A stretch of DNA of 64,000 nucleotides from an uncultured Verrucomicrobiae bacterium (GCA_963837955.1 CAWIPH010000002.1:2656001-2720000), one strand, 5' to 3'. Numbered from the stretch's first letter, positions 8,785-19,476 are shown. Numbers and translations are program-made. The notes: generated by a model from the sequence alone, not told the origin.

Positions 8785-9369
8785 ATGAATAGAATGAATC
8801 CTAAGGTTGATGTGTATTTCAGTGAGGCCAAAAAGTGGCGTAAAGAATTGGAGAAGCTGAGAATGATCATTCTTGACTGTCAGCTTACCGAAGAATTGAA
8901 GTGGGGTAAGCCTTGTTACACGTTTCAGAAAAGTAACATCGTTATAATACAAGGATTTAAAGAATTCTGTGCGCTTTTGTTCTGCAAAGGTGCCTTGTTA
9001 ACTGATCCCAATGGCATTCTTAAAAAATTTGGCTGGCAGGCGGCACGCCGGATTCCGTTCACCAATGTTCGAGAAATAGTTGAGATGGAAGCCATCTTGA
9101 AAGCCTATATCGATGAAGCCATTGAAGTGGAAAAAGCCGGTTTGAAAGTGAATTATAAAAAGACTTCAGAATTCATAATTCCTGAAGAATTTCAAAAAAA
9201 ATTAGATGAAATCCCTGCTTTGAAAACTGCTTTTGATGTATTAACGCCGGGACGGCAAAGAGGATACATTCTTTATTTTTCTGCACCCAAACAATCCAAA
9301 ACTCGGGAGTCAAGGGTTGAAAAATGTATGCAGCAAATTCTCAATGGAAAGGGATTAGATGATCAGTAA
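8785..9369 (+). CDS. YdeI/OmpD-associated (DUF1801) family protein
   Basis: EELKWGKPCY, LFCKGALL.DP.GIL, LTPGRQRGY...F...KQSKTR. Confidence 0.9.
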   Translation: MNRMNPKVDVYFSEAKKWRKELEKLRMIILDCQLTEELKWGKPCYTFQKSNIVIIQGFKEFCALLFCKGALLTDPNGILKKFGWQAARRIPFTNVREIVEMEAILKAYIDEAIEVEKAGLKVNYKKTSEFIIPEEFQKKLDEIPALKTAFDVLTPGRQRGYILYFSAPKQSKTRESRVEKCMQQILNGKGLDDQ

Positions 9370-9606
9370 TGGCGCCAAACGTTTAAGCGTGCCGACGACG
9401 CGACGGTGACTCCACTGACCCATGGGCCACTGAATCTCAGATCAATCAGAGCGGCGACTGGCCCATTCCACGTGCTGGTGGACAGATATCATCGCCTTAC
9501 GAACTCAGATCCGTCGAGAAAGCGAGCTCCTTTTGCGAACGTAGAACAACTCCCTAAAGCTAAAACAGCGGGAAATGCCGTCGGCTTCCAGGCCAATTCG
9601 AACGAT

Positions 9607-10086
9607 ATGCGTAAGATTAACGTAAAGGATATTGCTGAGGAGTCTTGGACTTCACCAAAAGGAAAGTTCGGCGGAGCGAGCAAGGAGATCTCGGTGGCAT
9701 TGGGACGCAAGCCGCTGTCCCTCGACCTGAAGGAGCGGCATCCGTTCGATATTGAGATTTGCCGCATACCGCCAGGCAAGAAGAACTGGCCTTATCATTC
9801 GCATAGTGCTCAATGGGAGTTTTATCACGTGATTTCGGGCCAGGGATTTGTCCGGTACGCTGATGGGACCACTCCAATCGAAGCTGGTGATGCATTCATC
9901 TTCGAGCCGGGGCAACCACATCAGCTAACCAATGACGGCGCCCAAGATCTCATTCTTTACATCGTCGCGGATAATCCGATTGGAGGCTCCTGCCACTATC
10001 CCGATAGCAAAAAATGGAGCGTAATCTCACCCGAGCACAGCCTGATCCGATCCGAGCCGCTGGACTACTACGACGGTGAGGAATGA
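9607..10086 (+). CDS. Cupin-domain protein
   Basis: PYHSHSAQWEFYHVISG and PGQPHQLTN cupin motifs, YPDS.K; start set at MRKINV. Confidence 0.88.
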   Translation: MRKINVKDIAEESWTSPKGKFGGASKEISVALGRKPLSLDLKERHPFDIEICRIPPGKKNWPYHSHSAQWEFYHVISGQGFVRYADGTTPIEAGDAFIFEPGQPHQLTNDGAQDLILYIVADNPIGGSCHYPDSKKWSVISPEHSLIRSEPLDYYDGEE

Positions 10087-10260
10087 GCCTGTTGGTCCGC
10101 GGAAGGAACTCATGGATCGAAATGATGGCCGATGATCCACACTGATTCCAGCGAATTAGAACCCTTCGATAACACCAGGCGCGGGAGGACACCTGAAATC
10201 GCTGGATCTACGGCCATCTTCGTATCCTCTGTTAACTCCTGTTCGGATGGCACCGTTTAA

Positions 10261-10654
10261 CTACAGCTTCGATTCAAGCAGCTTCTGGATCGCCATTGCC
10301 CGCGGAGCAACTTCGGAAGCGTTTGCATACGGCTCGAAATTGATCGTCAAGGCACCGCTTTCGAAAGTGAGCCCTTTGTCGTAGGCGCTCGCCGGAGCCG
10401 AGGCCTTGTCGTAAGTCACTACCACTTTTTGTAGACTCTTTTTCAGCGCTGCTTTCCCCATGTCATCAGCCGTAATTTTCTTTAGCGCATCGATCAACGG
10501 CTCGAAATAGATGTTTGTCCAATAATCTGCCTTCGCGTAGTTCTCCGCATCGCCCGGTTTAGCGATGGCATTCCACTGAACATCGATTGGCAGCTCAAAT
10601 CCGGCGGCCTGAGTAATTTGGGTTTGAAGTCCTGGAAAGATTTTGTCCTGATAA
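10261..10654 (-). pseudogene. 5'-truncated hypothetical protein
   Basis: Protein-like frame YQDKIFPGLQTQITQAAGFELPIDVQWNAIA...ITADDMGKAALK...ESKL extends ~50 codons upstream of the TTG call with no ATG/GTG start. Confidence 0.5.
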
Positions 10655-10768
10655 TAGCGGACAACGAGAGCGTCGCTGCGTAGCTCGCCGGCCGAATCTG
10701 TGCCAGTTACCGTCTTTCCCGACGGGAGGCTTACGCTCAGTACAGTTCTTCGTTCTGGTGGTGTTTCT

Positions 10769-12121
10769 TCATTGGACGACGATTAGTTGTGGTCGCTCGC
10801 TCACGTAGATGTTTGCGATTGATCCGTAGTAGTCGGTCCATTGGGGTAGGCCATTCGGATTGGCGACACCGGGTTCCAGCACCGGCTGGGTCGCGCCGGT
10901 AATCAGATCCAGCACAAAGCTGTCGTTGTAATAGTGCGGGTGATCGAGCGCAAAGCTGACGGTGCAACTTTGTGGCGCAGGCGCGACATCCGCCTTGTAA
11001 GGCACATGGTTGCCGAACCAAACGGCCGCAACCGTGCGGCCTTCGGTTACTGTCCAGACGTAGGATTTGAAATCCGTCGCATCGAATCCGCTTTGGGTTG
11101 AGGCGAGCGTAACATTTTGGGTCGTCGAGTGTAGCCCGTTTAGTTGGTCTACGATTCGTGGGAGAACAAGTGAGACTTGTCGCGAGTTATCGTTATAGCT
11201 GAGCCAGCTTTGGCCTACTCCACTAAATTCGCCATCACCAATCATCTCGTAGAAAAAGGTGTGTTCGACCCCCATTCCGAAGGTCATGAGGTAACGCCGC
11301 GCATTCCAGAGCGCCGCAGAATATTCTGAGACAGAATAGTCAGCGCCCGTCTCAGTTTCCCAGATCGGGATATTCGGAGCGGCTGCACGAACCTTAGCGA
11401 TCCATGACTCATATCCGCTAGCGGCTTCAGGCTCATATACGCGCTCAGGAATTTCGCTACCGTCGTCGTAAGGATGGAAAGTTAAGCCGTCACATTTCAA
11501 TCCAAGGCTCAACATCAAAAGCAAATCGGATCCCTGGGCGCCACCCGCTAGGACCGTCATAGATGGATTAGCGGCCTTAATTGCAGCATAAGCTGCGTTC
11601 GCAAAGGTCACGTATTTTTGCTGCCATTTGCTCGAATCCACAACAAACGGATGTCCTCCGTAGTAGGATGCAAAACCGTTATTGGGCTCGTTCAAAATCT
11701 CGATAGCGGCCACCAGTGGCGTCCCATCGGTATTAATCTGAGTGGCAAGCCAGGCGCAAGCATTGGCGTAGGCTGTCACATCGAAGTTGTCAGTATAAAA
11801 AGGCGAACTATATCCGCTTCCAGCTTGCACTAGCCCAACTACCTTTATGCCGTTCTGGTGCGCCAATTGGAGAAAAGCAAGTTCATCGCTAAACAGGCCG
11901 TAAACGCCTTGGGCGGTGTGCTCAATATTGTTCCAGTCCACGTCATCGCGAATAAAGGTGGTCCCAATCTCCGCCATGTATGGGATCACATATTGGGCAT
12001 TCCACTGCGGTTGGGCCGCGTGTAAGGCGAAGTGAGAATCAAAATTGAGTTCGAAGCCGTGACCCGGCCTCAACGGTCCGAGGACCGACAAACTTACTAG
12101 AACTGCGAGCAACTTTTTCAT
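10769..12121 (-). CDS. Secreted clan-A glycoside hydrolase (GH5/GH39-like)
   Basis: Signal peptide; IRDDVDW, ILNEP acid/base, TFHPY, PIWETETG nucleophile. Confidence 0.8.
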   Translation of the reverse strand: MKKLLAVLVSLSVLGPLRPGHGFELNFDSHFALHAAQPQWNAQYVIPYMAEIGTTFIRDDVDWNNIEHTAQGVYGLFSDELAFLQLAHQNGIKVVGLVQAGSGYSSPFYTDNFDVTAYANACAWLATQINTDGTPLVAAIEILNEPNNGFASYYGGHPFVVDSSKWQQKYVTFANAAYAAIKAANPSMTVLAGGAQGSDLLLMLSLGLKCDGLTFHPYDDGSEIPERVYEPEAASGYESWIAKVRAAAPNIPIWETETGADYSVSEYSAALWNARRYLMTFGMGVEHTFFYEMIGDGEFSGVGQSWLSYNDNSRQVSLVLPRIVDQLNGLHSTTQNVTLASTQSGFDATDFKSYVWTVTEGRTVAAVWFGNHVPYKADVAPAPQSCTVSFALDHPHYYNDSFVLDLITGATQPVLEPGVANPNGLPQWTDYYGSIANIYVSERPQLIVVQ

Positions 12122-13356
12122 TGGGTTTGTTTGTTACTGAGTCTCTACCGTTGTTATTTTTTACCAATTGGGCGCCCAGGTGCAGGAGTCGGAGCGCCGT
12201 CCGGTGGTGCGGTTGTAGCGGAGTGCCTGCTGCAATACAGAACAGAGTGACAGCTCCTGTAACGTTGAGTGATGCAATTTCGCTAGATCTCCTGGTCTCC
12301 ATAGAAACTAGCCTATGACCCACTTGTAGCAGATTGCATCGCAGTCCCATATAATACCTTAGTACTACAGCAGCCCGATTTTCGACTCGGGTTAATCCGC
12401 CACGGCCCGAAACCGCTGAGCAAGCGGCGAGGACAATCGGAGCAGTAGGGAAGCCAAATCTGAGATGCCTTGAACCTGATGGATTTTCCAGGCGGGAGAA
12501 TCCGCCATTGGCAAGAGGCCCTGAATCCGACGTCGCTGCGCAGCGATTCTTCCGAATCGGAATGGACAGAGAGCAGCGCTAACGAACCTTTCTCCCGAAA
12601 GCTGTATACGTAAACGTTGCCGAACCGGAAATTCATGTTTGCTGCATTCAAATCTGGTGCGGTTTGATCATCAGCAGTTACTTTAGATTTATTGTAAGAA
12701 CGGACCTTTCTCACTGGAACTGAGACAGTTATAACGAAACAGAGTTAAAACGAGAAGGGGAGTAGTTTCCGGCAGCAGGCTCCGGCTGAGAAGTTCACGT
12801 GTTTGCCTGAAAAGAATTCCCCTACACTTCAAAATGTCCTAAACTTGACTTCAGCGGACGGCAACGGACAGCAGACTGGAATGGTCAAATCTGTCAAAAT
12901 CTTGTGTCAGTCTACAAAACGCTCTAAAACGCGATTAGAGCGCCTTTCTCAGGTCCTCGGCTATCCTGACCCTCGGAATTGCAGCAAAAGTACCAAGTTT
13001 TGTATCGACGAGCGTCTGAGGACGAATCGGTCACTGTCAGGCAATTCCACAACTTTGGTTCGAAGAAGTTCTTCGCTTTCCTAGGGAGTGCCTAGCGTTT
13101 GTGCCGGAAACGTCCGTATTCCACATCTTTGCCTCACCAGACCCAAGGACCTCGCAACTAGTAGGTGCGACTACTACCGTATTTTATATGACATTTATTG
13201 TATGATGTTATGCTTATGCGCCTCGCTCCGAAAGGAATCCAGGATTGTGAATAACTTGTGAATCGTTCCCTCGCCGTTCCAGCCGCCCCTTGGTCCAGTG
13301 GAAGTTATTGACACCGCGACGAGGTCCGCGACAGATACTCCCAGCGTTCGCACGTT

Positions 13357-16077
13357 ATGAAACCGGATTATCTGTCGCGCGGCTTCGAGAAGATTCGTGA
13401 GGATCTGTCATTCCTCATGCATTGTTTCCGCGAGGTGCTCGAGGAATTGGGCGAAGAGGATCTGGCCAAGCGTTTACCCTGGATCAGCGACGTTACAATC
13501 TCGGATCGGCCAAACCCTCGCCTCTCCCAGGCCTACTCGGTCGCGTTTCAGCTTCTCAATATGGTCGAGGAGAATGTCGCGGCACAGGTGCGGCGCTCTC
13601 GTGAATCCGAAATGGGTCTCCCGAGTGAGCCGGGCCTCTGGGCATACCAGCTGGAAAAACTGAAGAAATCCGGGCTCTCGGAAAGCCAAATCGTCCAGCG
13701 TCTGCCCCAAATCAGAGTGGAGCCAGTATTAACGGCGCATCCGACTGAGGCTAAGCGTCTTGCCGTCCTTGAACAGCATCGCTCGCTGTACCTTCTCCTC
13801 GTCCAGCGGGAAAATCGCATGTACACGCCGCAGGAGCAGACAGCCATCCGCGATGAGATCAAAGTGACGCTCGAACGGCTCTGGCGGACCGGCGAGGTTC
13901 ACCGGACCAAACCACGGCTTTTCGAGGAGCGGCGCAATATTGTTCATTATCTTCGAGACGTGTTTCCCGCGGTACTCGCCGATGTCGACTTGCGGTTGAG
14001 GCAGGCCTGGGGTGAAAACGGGTTCGATCGAGCCGTGCTCGCTTCGGCGGATAAGCTGCCTCGCCTCCGCTTCGGCACCTGGGTCGGCGGCGACCGCGAC
14101 GGGCACCCTCTCGTGACGGCGGAGGTAACTGCGGCGACCTTTCAGGATCTACGAGAGGCGGCTCTGCACGCGTTGCAAGACGCGCTCGGACGTCTGATCG
14201 ATCAGCTGACCCTTTCCGGCAATGATCAGATTGCGCCCGATTACCTGGAAGCGGCGATCAACCGGCTGTCTGAAGAGACGTCGACCCATTCCGATGACGT
14301 TTTGTTCCGAGAAGAGCCGTGGCGACGTTTTGCCTACTTAATACAGAAAAAGCTCACGCAAATTCCTCCACAGCCGCATTTTGCGTCTGCTACAGAACTG
14401 CGAAAAGAATTGCTTTTGCTCGCTTCTTCGCTGGAAGCCGTCGGTGCCCGCCGGATCGCGGAAGCAGAAGTCTTACGGGTGATTCGCATCGTCGATGTGT
14501 TCGGGTTTCACGGCGCGGTCCTTGATATTAGGCAAAATAGCCACTTCCATGATCTGGCGATCGCGCAACTAATGACCGCCGCCGGGGTTCCCGGTGCCGA
14601 CCAATTCGTTCACCAAAGCCAGAAGGAGCGGCTCCCATTTTTGCTGGCTGAGCTGGAATCACGACGCCCGTTCTTGTCGCCCGGAGCTCCGGTTGGTCCG
14701 GAGGCAGACGCGGTCCTGGGTTGTTATCGGGTCTTGAAGGATTATCGGGATAAATACGGTTTACGCGGAATTGGTTCGCTGATTGTCAGTATGACCCGGG
14801 GCGTGGCCGATCTCCTTGCTGTCTATCTTTTCTCGCGTGAAGTCGGTCTCTGGCGGGAAACCTCCGAAGGTCCGGCGTCGGAAATTCATGTCGTTCCCCT
14901 GTTCGAGACGATCGAAGACCTCGAGGCCGCACCTCAAATTGTTGAACAGTATCTGCAACATCCTTTTGTGAAGCGCAGCATTCAGATCCAGGCGGAAATA
15001 CGCGGCAGCGAGTTTCCGGTGCAACAGATCATGCTTGGCTATAGCGATAGCAACAAAGACTCCGGTCTGCTGACCAGTCAATGGGCCCTCCATTGTGCGC
15101 AAAGGGAGATCACCCGCGTCTCCGATTCCAGCGGTGTCCAGGTACGCTACTTTCATGGCCGCGGAGGAACGATCAGCCGAGGAGCCGGCCCTACCCATCG
15201 TTTTCTCGAAGCGCTGCCTCACCGAACAGTTCGGGGCGATATTCGACTGACCGAGCAAGGAGAAACCATCGCGCAGAAGTACGCCAACCGGATCACGGCG
15301 GCATATAACCTGGAAATTCTGTTGGCGGGCGTTGCCGGTATCACTTTGCAGCAAGAAGGTCACGAGCAGCCAGAGGAGATGAACAGCGGTTTGGTAGCAC
15401 AGCTGTCGAACACCAGCCGGAACGCGTATCGCCATCTTTTGGAGCTGCCGGGATTTCTGGAATTCTTTCGTTCTGCGACACCGATCGATGCACTGGAGTT
15501 GAGCAGTATCGGCTCGCGACCGAGCCGCCGCACCGGTGAGTCCTCATTCGCGGATCTCCGGGCCATACCTTGGGTATTCAGTTGGACCCAATCGCGTTTC
15601 TATCTGCCTGGGTGGTATGGGCTGGGAACCGCGCTGGCCGAAATCAATGAAACGCCCGCCTGGAGTAAATTGATCGAAGCGGGCCGAACATCGCCGTTTC
15701 TGCGTTTTGTTTTGACCAACGCGGAGACGAATATGCAGAGCGCCGAACGATCTATCATGGAGCTCTACGCATCGTTAGCGCCTGAAACCGAACCAGTTCA
15801 ATCGGTTTTTCGGGCCATACTAAAAGAATTCGATTTAACGCGAACACTGCTTCCGGAGACGTTAGGCGGCCGGTCGGGCGATCGCCGGCCTCGTTTCACC
15901 ATGACCCATCAGATTCGGGCGGACGCCCTCCTCGCCCTGCACGTTCAACAGGTTGCGCTATTGCGACAGTGGCGGGTCGCTCGCCAGCAACAAGACCACG
16001 CGGCGTCGGATCACCTTTTTTCGGATCTGCTGGTCTGTATCAACGCGATCGCGAGCGGCCTGAGGACTACTGGGTAG
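13357..16077 (+). CDS. ppc: Phosphoenolpyruvate carboxylase
   Basis: VLTAHPTE, GGDRDG, IMLGYSDSNKD, FHGRGG, LRAIPWVFSWTQ, GLRTTG. Confidence 0.97.
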   Translation: MKPDYLSRGFEKIREDLSFLMHCFREVLEELGEEDLAKRLPWISDVTISDRPNPRLSQAYSVAFQLLNMVEENVAAQVRRSRESEMGLPSEPGLWAYQLEKLKKSGLSESQIVQRLPQIRVEPVLTAHPTEAKRLAVLEQHRSLYLLLVQRENRMYTPQEQTAIRDEIKVTLERLWRTGEVHRTKPRLFEERRNIVHYLRDVFPAVLADVDLRLRQAWGENGFDRAVLASADKLPRLRFGTWVGGDRDGHPLVTAEVTAATFQDLREAALHALQDALGRLIDQLTLSGNDQIAPDYLEAAINRLSEETSTHSDDVLFREEPWRRFAYLIQKKLTQIPPQPHFASATELRKELLLLASSLEAVGARRIAEAEVLRVIRIVDVFGFHGAVLDIRQNSHFHDLAIAQLMTAAGVPGADQFVHQSQKERLPFLLAELESRRPFLSPGAPVGPEADAVLGCYRVLKDYRDKYGLRGIGSLIVSMTRGVADLLAVYLFSREVGLWRETSEGPASEIHVVPLFETIEDLEAAPQIVEQYLQHPFVKRSIQIQAEIRGSEFPVQQIMLGYSDSNKDSGLLTSQWALHCAQREITRVSDSSGVQVRYFHGRGGTISRGAGPTHRFLEALPHRTVRGDIRLTEQGETIAQKYANRITAAYNLEILLAGVAGITLQQEGHEQPEEMNSGLVAQLSNTSRNAYRHLLELPGFLEFFRSATPIDALELSSIGSRPSRRTGESSFADLRAIPWVFSWTQSRFYLPGWYGLGTALAEINETPAWSKLIEAGRTSPFLRFVLTNAETNMQSAERSIMELYASLAPETEPVQSVFRAILKEFDLTRTLLPETLGGRSGDRRPRFTMTHQIRADALLALHVQQVALLRQWRVARQQQDHAASDHLFSDLLVCINAIASGLRTTG

Positions 16078-16080
16078 CTT

Positions 16081-16221
16081 AGTGAGAAGTGATTGGTGAG
16101 AGGAACGGTGAAATTAGGGTGACGAGAGATTTCTGGCGGGATTTCCCGATATGCATTCACCAATCACCAATTACTTCTCACCTCTCACCTCTCACACACT
16201 GAGCCGGGAGGATCAGGCTAC
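16081..16221. repeat. Heptamer-rich intergenic element with a GTAGCCTGAT REP arm (homologous to 56952-57101)
   Basis: TCACCAA/TCACCTC heptamers; shared core GAGAGATTTCTG...TTCACCAATC and CTGAGCC(G/A)GGAGGATCAGGCTAC. Confidence 0.75.
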
Positions 16222-16223
16222 TT

Positions 16224-17036
16224 TCAATGACCGAGGCCTCGCCAGCCCATCACACCCATATACATCGCGACAAGGACCAGAAATGCGCTGGAGAGATAAG
16301 GCAATCTTCGCGCCAGGTTCCCGAATCCTTTAAATCTCTTTTCCGCGTGTCTGACACTCCATGCGGCGATGGAACCGGTCGCAACCAGGGTCAATGCCAA
16401 GCCGACGCTAAAAGCAAGCACCATGGAAAATCCCAGGGTGAAATGTTTAACCTGGAGACAGATGAGCAGGATAGAAAAGGCTGCTGGACACGGTATGAGC
16501 CCACCGGTGAGTCCGAACAAAACGATCTGCCCATTCGTCACGTTTCGGCTGGCGAAACGGTCTTGAATTTCCTGGGCGTGGGCGCGCTCGTGGGCGTCCT
16601 CATACTCACCTGGTCCGTGGTGGTCATGATCATGGTGATGGTCGGTATCATCGTGATGATGATCTGGATGAACCGTCGCCGCTTGTACGTCACGGCGAGT
16701 TCGCCAGAACATCCAAATCGCGAGACCTGCGACGAGCACGGCTGAAGCGATCTGAAAGTAAGGCTCGGTTGCTTCCGCGTTCCAATGGCTTCCCAGATTC
16801 AACGCTACTGCGGCCAGAATCCAAATGACTAGAGAGTGGGAAATTGCCGCCGACACACCAAGCAAGGTGGCCTGGGCAATGGATCCTCGGATAGCGACAA
16901 TAAACGCGGCCATCATCGTCTTGGAATGGCCGGGCTCGAGGCCGTGCAACGCGCCGAGAACGACGGCGGTAGGGAGAAAGAGCCAAGCGCTGGCTGCTCC
17001 CTGCTGGAGCAGTTGAGAGAAATTGTCCATCCGCAT
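16224..17036 (-). CDS. rcnA: Nickel/cobalt efflux transporter RcnA
   Basis: GALHGLEPGHSKTMM, His-rich loop, DAHERAHA, GGLIPCPAA. Confidence 0.93.
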   Translation of the reverse strand: MRMDNFSQLLQQGAASAWLFLPTAVVLGALHGLEPGHSKTMMAAFIVAIRGSIAQATLLGVSAAISHSLVIWILAAVALNLGSHWNAEATEPYFQIASAVLVAGLAIWMFWRTRRDVQAATVHPDHHHDDTDHHHDHDHHGPGEYEDAHERAHAQEIQDRFASRNVTNGQIVLFGLTGGLIPCPAAFSILLICLQVKHFTLGFSMVLAFSVGLALTLVATGSIAAWSVRHAEKRFKGFGNLARRLPYLSSAFLVLVAMYMGVMGWRGLGH

Positions 17037-17039
17037 GGA

Positions 17040-17054
17040 GTATGCCCCCTATAC
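17040..17054. promoter_or_regulatory. Putative CsoR/RcnR-type operator
   Basis: GTAT-GCCCCCT-ATAC: short IR flanking a C/G tract, between divergent rcnA and the repressor gene. Confidence 0.5.
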
Positions 17055-17118
17055 CCATATTGTCAAACCGTTCCCTTTTTGCTATGGTTAGGAGATCGCA
17101 ACCAATAAACTAAGCCCT

Positions 17119-17403
17119 ATGGCCGAGCTTCATCTGCATTCTCCCGAAGAAAAAAGAGCACTCAAAATCCGCGTTCGAAAAATCTCCGGACAGCTGGCCG
17201 CGATCGAGCGAATGATCGATCAAGACACGGATTGTCCAGAAGTCCTGAACCAGGTAGTGTCCGCCCGCAAAGGCCTCAAATCCTTCGCCGAAGTCATCAT
17301 TCGCCAGCATGCCGATCATTGCATCAGTGAGGCAGCAGACCAACCCGAAGCGCACCGCAAGTTGCGCAAGCTGCTGGTAGTTCTCGAACGCTACGTGGAA
17401 TGA
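17119..17403 (+). CDS. rcnR: CsoR/RcnR-family metal-sensing repressor
   Basis: R.RKI.GQ...IERM....DC..VL.Q...R; H..HC; N-terminal HLH; divergent from rcnA. Confidence 0.85.
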   Translation: MAELHLHSPEEKRALKIRVRKISGQLAAIERMIDQDTDCPEVLNQVVSARKGLKSFAEVIIRQHADHCISEAADQPEAHRKLRKLLVVLERYVE

Positions 17404-17523
17404 TCCGCCGCATTTTGGCGAACGACTAACGCATATTGGATAACGATTTGGAAACTTGAGCTCAGTGATTCCAGTTAGGTTATTTGTTTGCGCTGCCGAG
17501 ATTAGTTAGTCAATTCGCGGTAG

Positions 17524-18414
17524 CTATTTATGGCTGGCCGGGTCACGCCAACTATATTGAGGCTGGTAGCCGAGCAACCGTTTCGCCTTTTCGCTGGAAA
17601 GCCCAGTCTCATTCCCTGACAGGGCCCTCTTGATCGGCACACTCGGAAAGACTTCTGCTAATAAAGCGGATGTCGGACGCGTCATGACCGTATCATCATT
17701 GGCGATGATAAAGACTTCGGCTCCTTTGATTGGCGCCTCCAGCGATTTGCGGATCGCCTGAGCCGCATCGCGAGCATCGATGTATCCCCACAGGTTCCAT
17801 TTACGGCTGTGTGGGTCCTGCTCAAAGCTGGGAAATCTGGCGTAGTCGTGGGGCTCCATCACGTTGGAAAATCGGAGGCCGACGATTTTCATCTCGGGAT
17901 CCCATCGGCAGAATTGCTTCGCCATCTCCTCGCCCAATAGCTTCGTGAGCGAGTAAGCGCTTTCGGGGCGGCCGGGATATTCCTCGTCTAACGGTGCGTA
18001 CGGAGGCGGTGTCTCGAACGGCAATCCCAATACTGTCTCACTCGAAGCCCAAACGATATTCTTGATTCCTAAGCGGCGCGCGGCCTCGAAAACATGGTAG
18101 GTGCTCAAAGTATTATTGCGGAATGTGACGGGATCGCTATAGACCCGCGGGGCCGGAATTGCCGCCAGGTGCACGACTGCGTCAAAGTTCTGGCGAAGGA
18201 CTTTGCCATCCGGGCCTGCCGGCGAGAGCGCATCGACGGTTTGTCCAAAATCGGCCAAATCAGCTACTATAAAGGGACACAAGGCCTGCGCCGGCACCAC
18301 GTTGTCGACATTGAACACCTCGTACCCGTGCTCGATCAGGTCTCGGACACAGGCACGTCCGGCTTTGCCGCTTCCGCCGGTGACAACAACTCTTACTTTA
18401 GATTCGTTATTCAT
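17524..18414 (-). CDS. NAD-dependent epimerase/dehydratase
   Basis: TGGSGKAG, VVHLAA, ASS, YSLTK. Confidence 0.9.
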   Translation of the reverse strand: MNNESKVRVVVTGGSGKAGRACVRDLIEHGYEVFNVDNVVPAQALCPFIVADLADFGQTVDALSPAGPDGKVLRQNFDAVVHLAAIPAPRVYSDPVTFRNNTLSTYHVFEAARRLGIKNIVWASSETVLGLPFETPPPYAPLDEEYPGRPESAYSLTKLLGEEMAKQFCRWDPEMKIVGLRFSNVMEPHDYARFPSFEQDPHSRKWNLWGYIDARDAAQAIRKSLEAPIKGAEVFIIANDDTVMTRPTSALLAEVFPSVPIKRALSGNETGLSSEKAKRLLGYQPQYSWRDPASHK

Positions 18415-18431
18415 TGGATTGGAGAGATCTT

Positions 18432-18493
18432 AACCGCGAATGGACGCGAAAGAAGGATATCGCATTCCCGTCTCATCGCGTCCATTCGCGGTT
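18432..18493. repeat. Short palindromic repeat
   Basis: Perfect 18-bp IR AACCGCGAATGGACGCGA / TCGCGTCCATTCGCGGTT. Confidence 0.7.
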
Positions 18494-18812
18494 CCCTTGT
18501 GGAAGCATAATGAGTTGTTTTGCGCGGTTTCACCGCCTCCTTCCCGGCGGCCAACGGCTACAGCCGATTGATTGCTTTCGCAGGAAAGTCACGGAACGGC
18601 GCATCTACGAGCCGGTGAGACAGTCGCCCCTGCCGGCGACGTATTTTTCGCCTGCCATCGCAGTTAACGCACGGTGTAAGTCGCATTTTTTTAGCGTGTT
18701 ACGCGACATATTATGTTTAGTACAGATTAATGTTATTCCCGTCATCAGAAGCGCCAAAACCGCCGAATTCTGCATGCTGGAATTCAAAAGCCGATGATCT
18801 AAATTTCTACAG

Positions 18813-19430
18813 ATGCGCGTCCTTGCTATCGTGGACATCCAAAACGACTTCCTTCCAGGAGGTGCTCTGGCGGTCAAAGAAGGCGATGAGGTGATCCCAG
18901 TGATCAACGCCATAGCCTCCCGGTTCGATCTGGTGGTCGCTACTCAGGATTGGCATCCGCCGAATCACGGTAGTTTTGCGGCTAATTATCCGGGGCGTAA
19001 GCCGGGCGAGATGGTTACTTTGGCTGGTCAGCCCCAGATCCTTTGGCCGGTCCATTGCGTCCAAGGAACCAAGGGGGCAGAAATCTCCCCTCTCCTGGAT
19101 ACAACTCCCATCCGAGCGGTCTTCCAAAAAGGAATTGATCCGGAAATCGACAGCTACAGCGCCATTTTCGATAACGGGAGAAGGCGTTCGACTGGGCTTT
19201 CGGAATATCTCACGAAGCAAGGCGTGAATGAGATTTTCGTGGCAGGTTTGGCCCTCGATTATTGCGTGAAGTTCACCACTCTCGATGCCGTCAGCCTCGG
19301 CTTCGATACTCGGGTCATCCGCGACGCCTGTCGGGCAGTGAATCTAGATCCTGACGACGGAGAACGGGCTGTTGCCGAGATGAAGGCGGCCGGAGTCCTG
19401 ATCCTGGAGTCCGAGAAAATAGCCAAATAG
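18813..19430 (+). CDS. pncA: Nicotinamidase/pyrazinamidase
   Basis: VDIQNDF.PGGAL, DWHP, WPVHCVQ, KG.....DSYS, GLALDYCV. Confidence 0.95.
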   Translation: MRVLAIVDIQNDFLPGGALAVKEGDEVIPVINAIASRFDLVVATQDWHPPNHGSFAANYPGRKPGEMVTLAGQPQILWPVHCVQGTKGAEISPLLDTTPIRAVFQKGIDPEIDSYSAIFDNGRRRSTGLSEYLTKQGVNEIFVAGLALDYCVKFTTLDAVSLGFDTRVIRDACRAVNLDPDDGERAVAEMKAAGVLILESEKIAK

Positions 19431-19460
19431 CCGCATTTGCTACTCGCTGCGGGCTATTTG
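19424..19460 (+). terminator. Hairpin after pncA
   Basis: CAAATAGCCGCA...TGCGGGCTATTTG followed by TCGTTTTT. Confidence 0.45.
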
Positions 19461-19476
19461 TCGTTTTTACATCGTG

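Noticed and set aside
18700..18750. NrtR operator before pncA
   Set aside because: AT-rich, but with no convincing palindrome.
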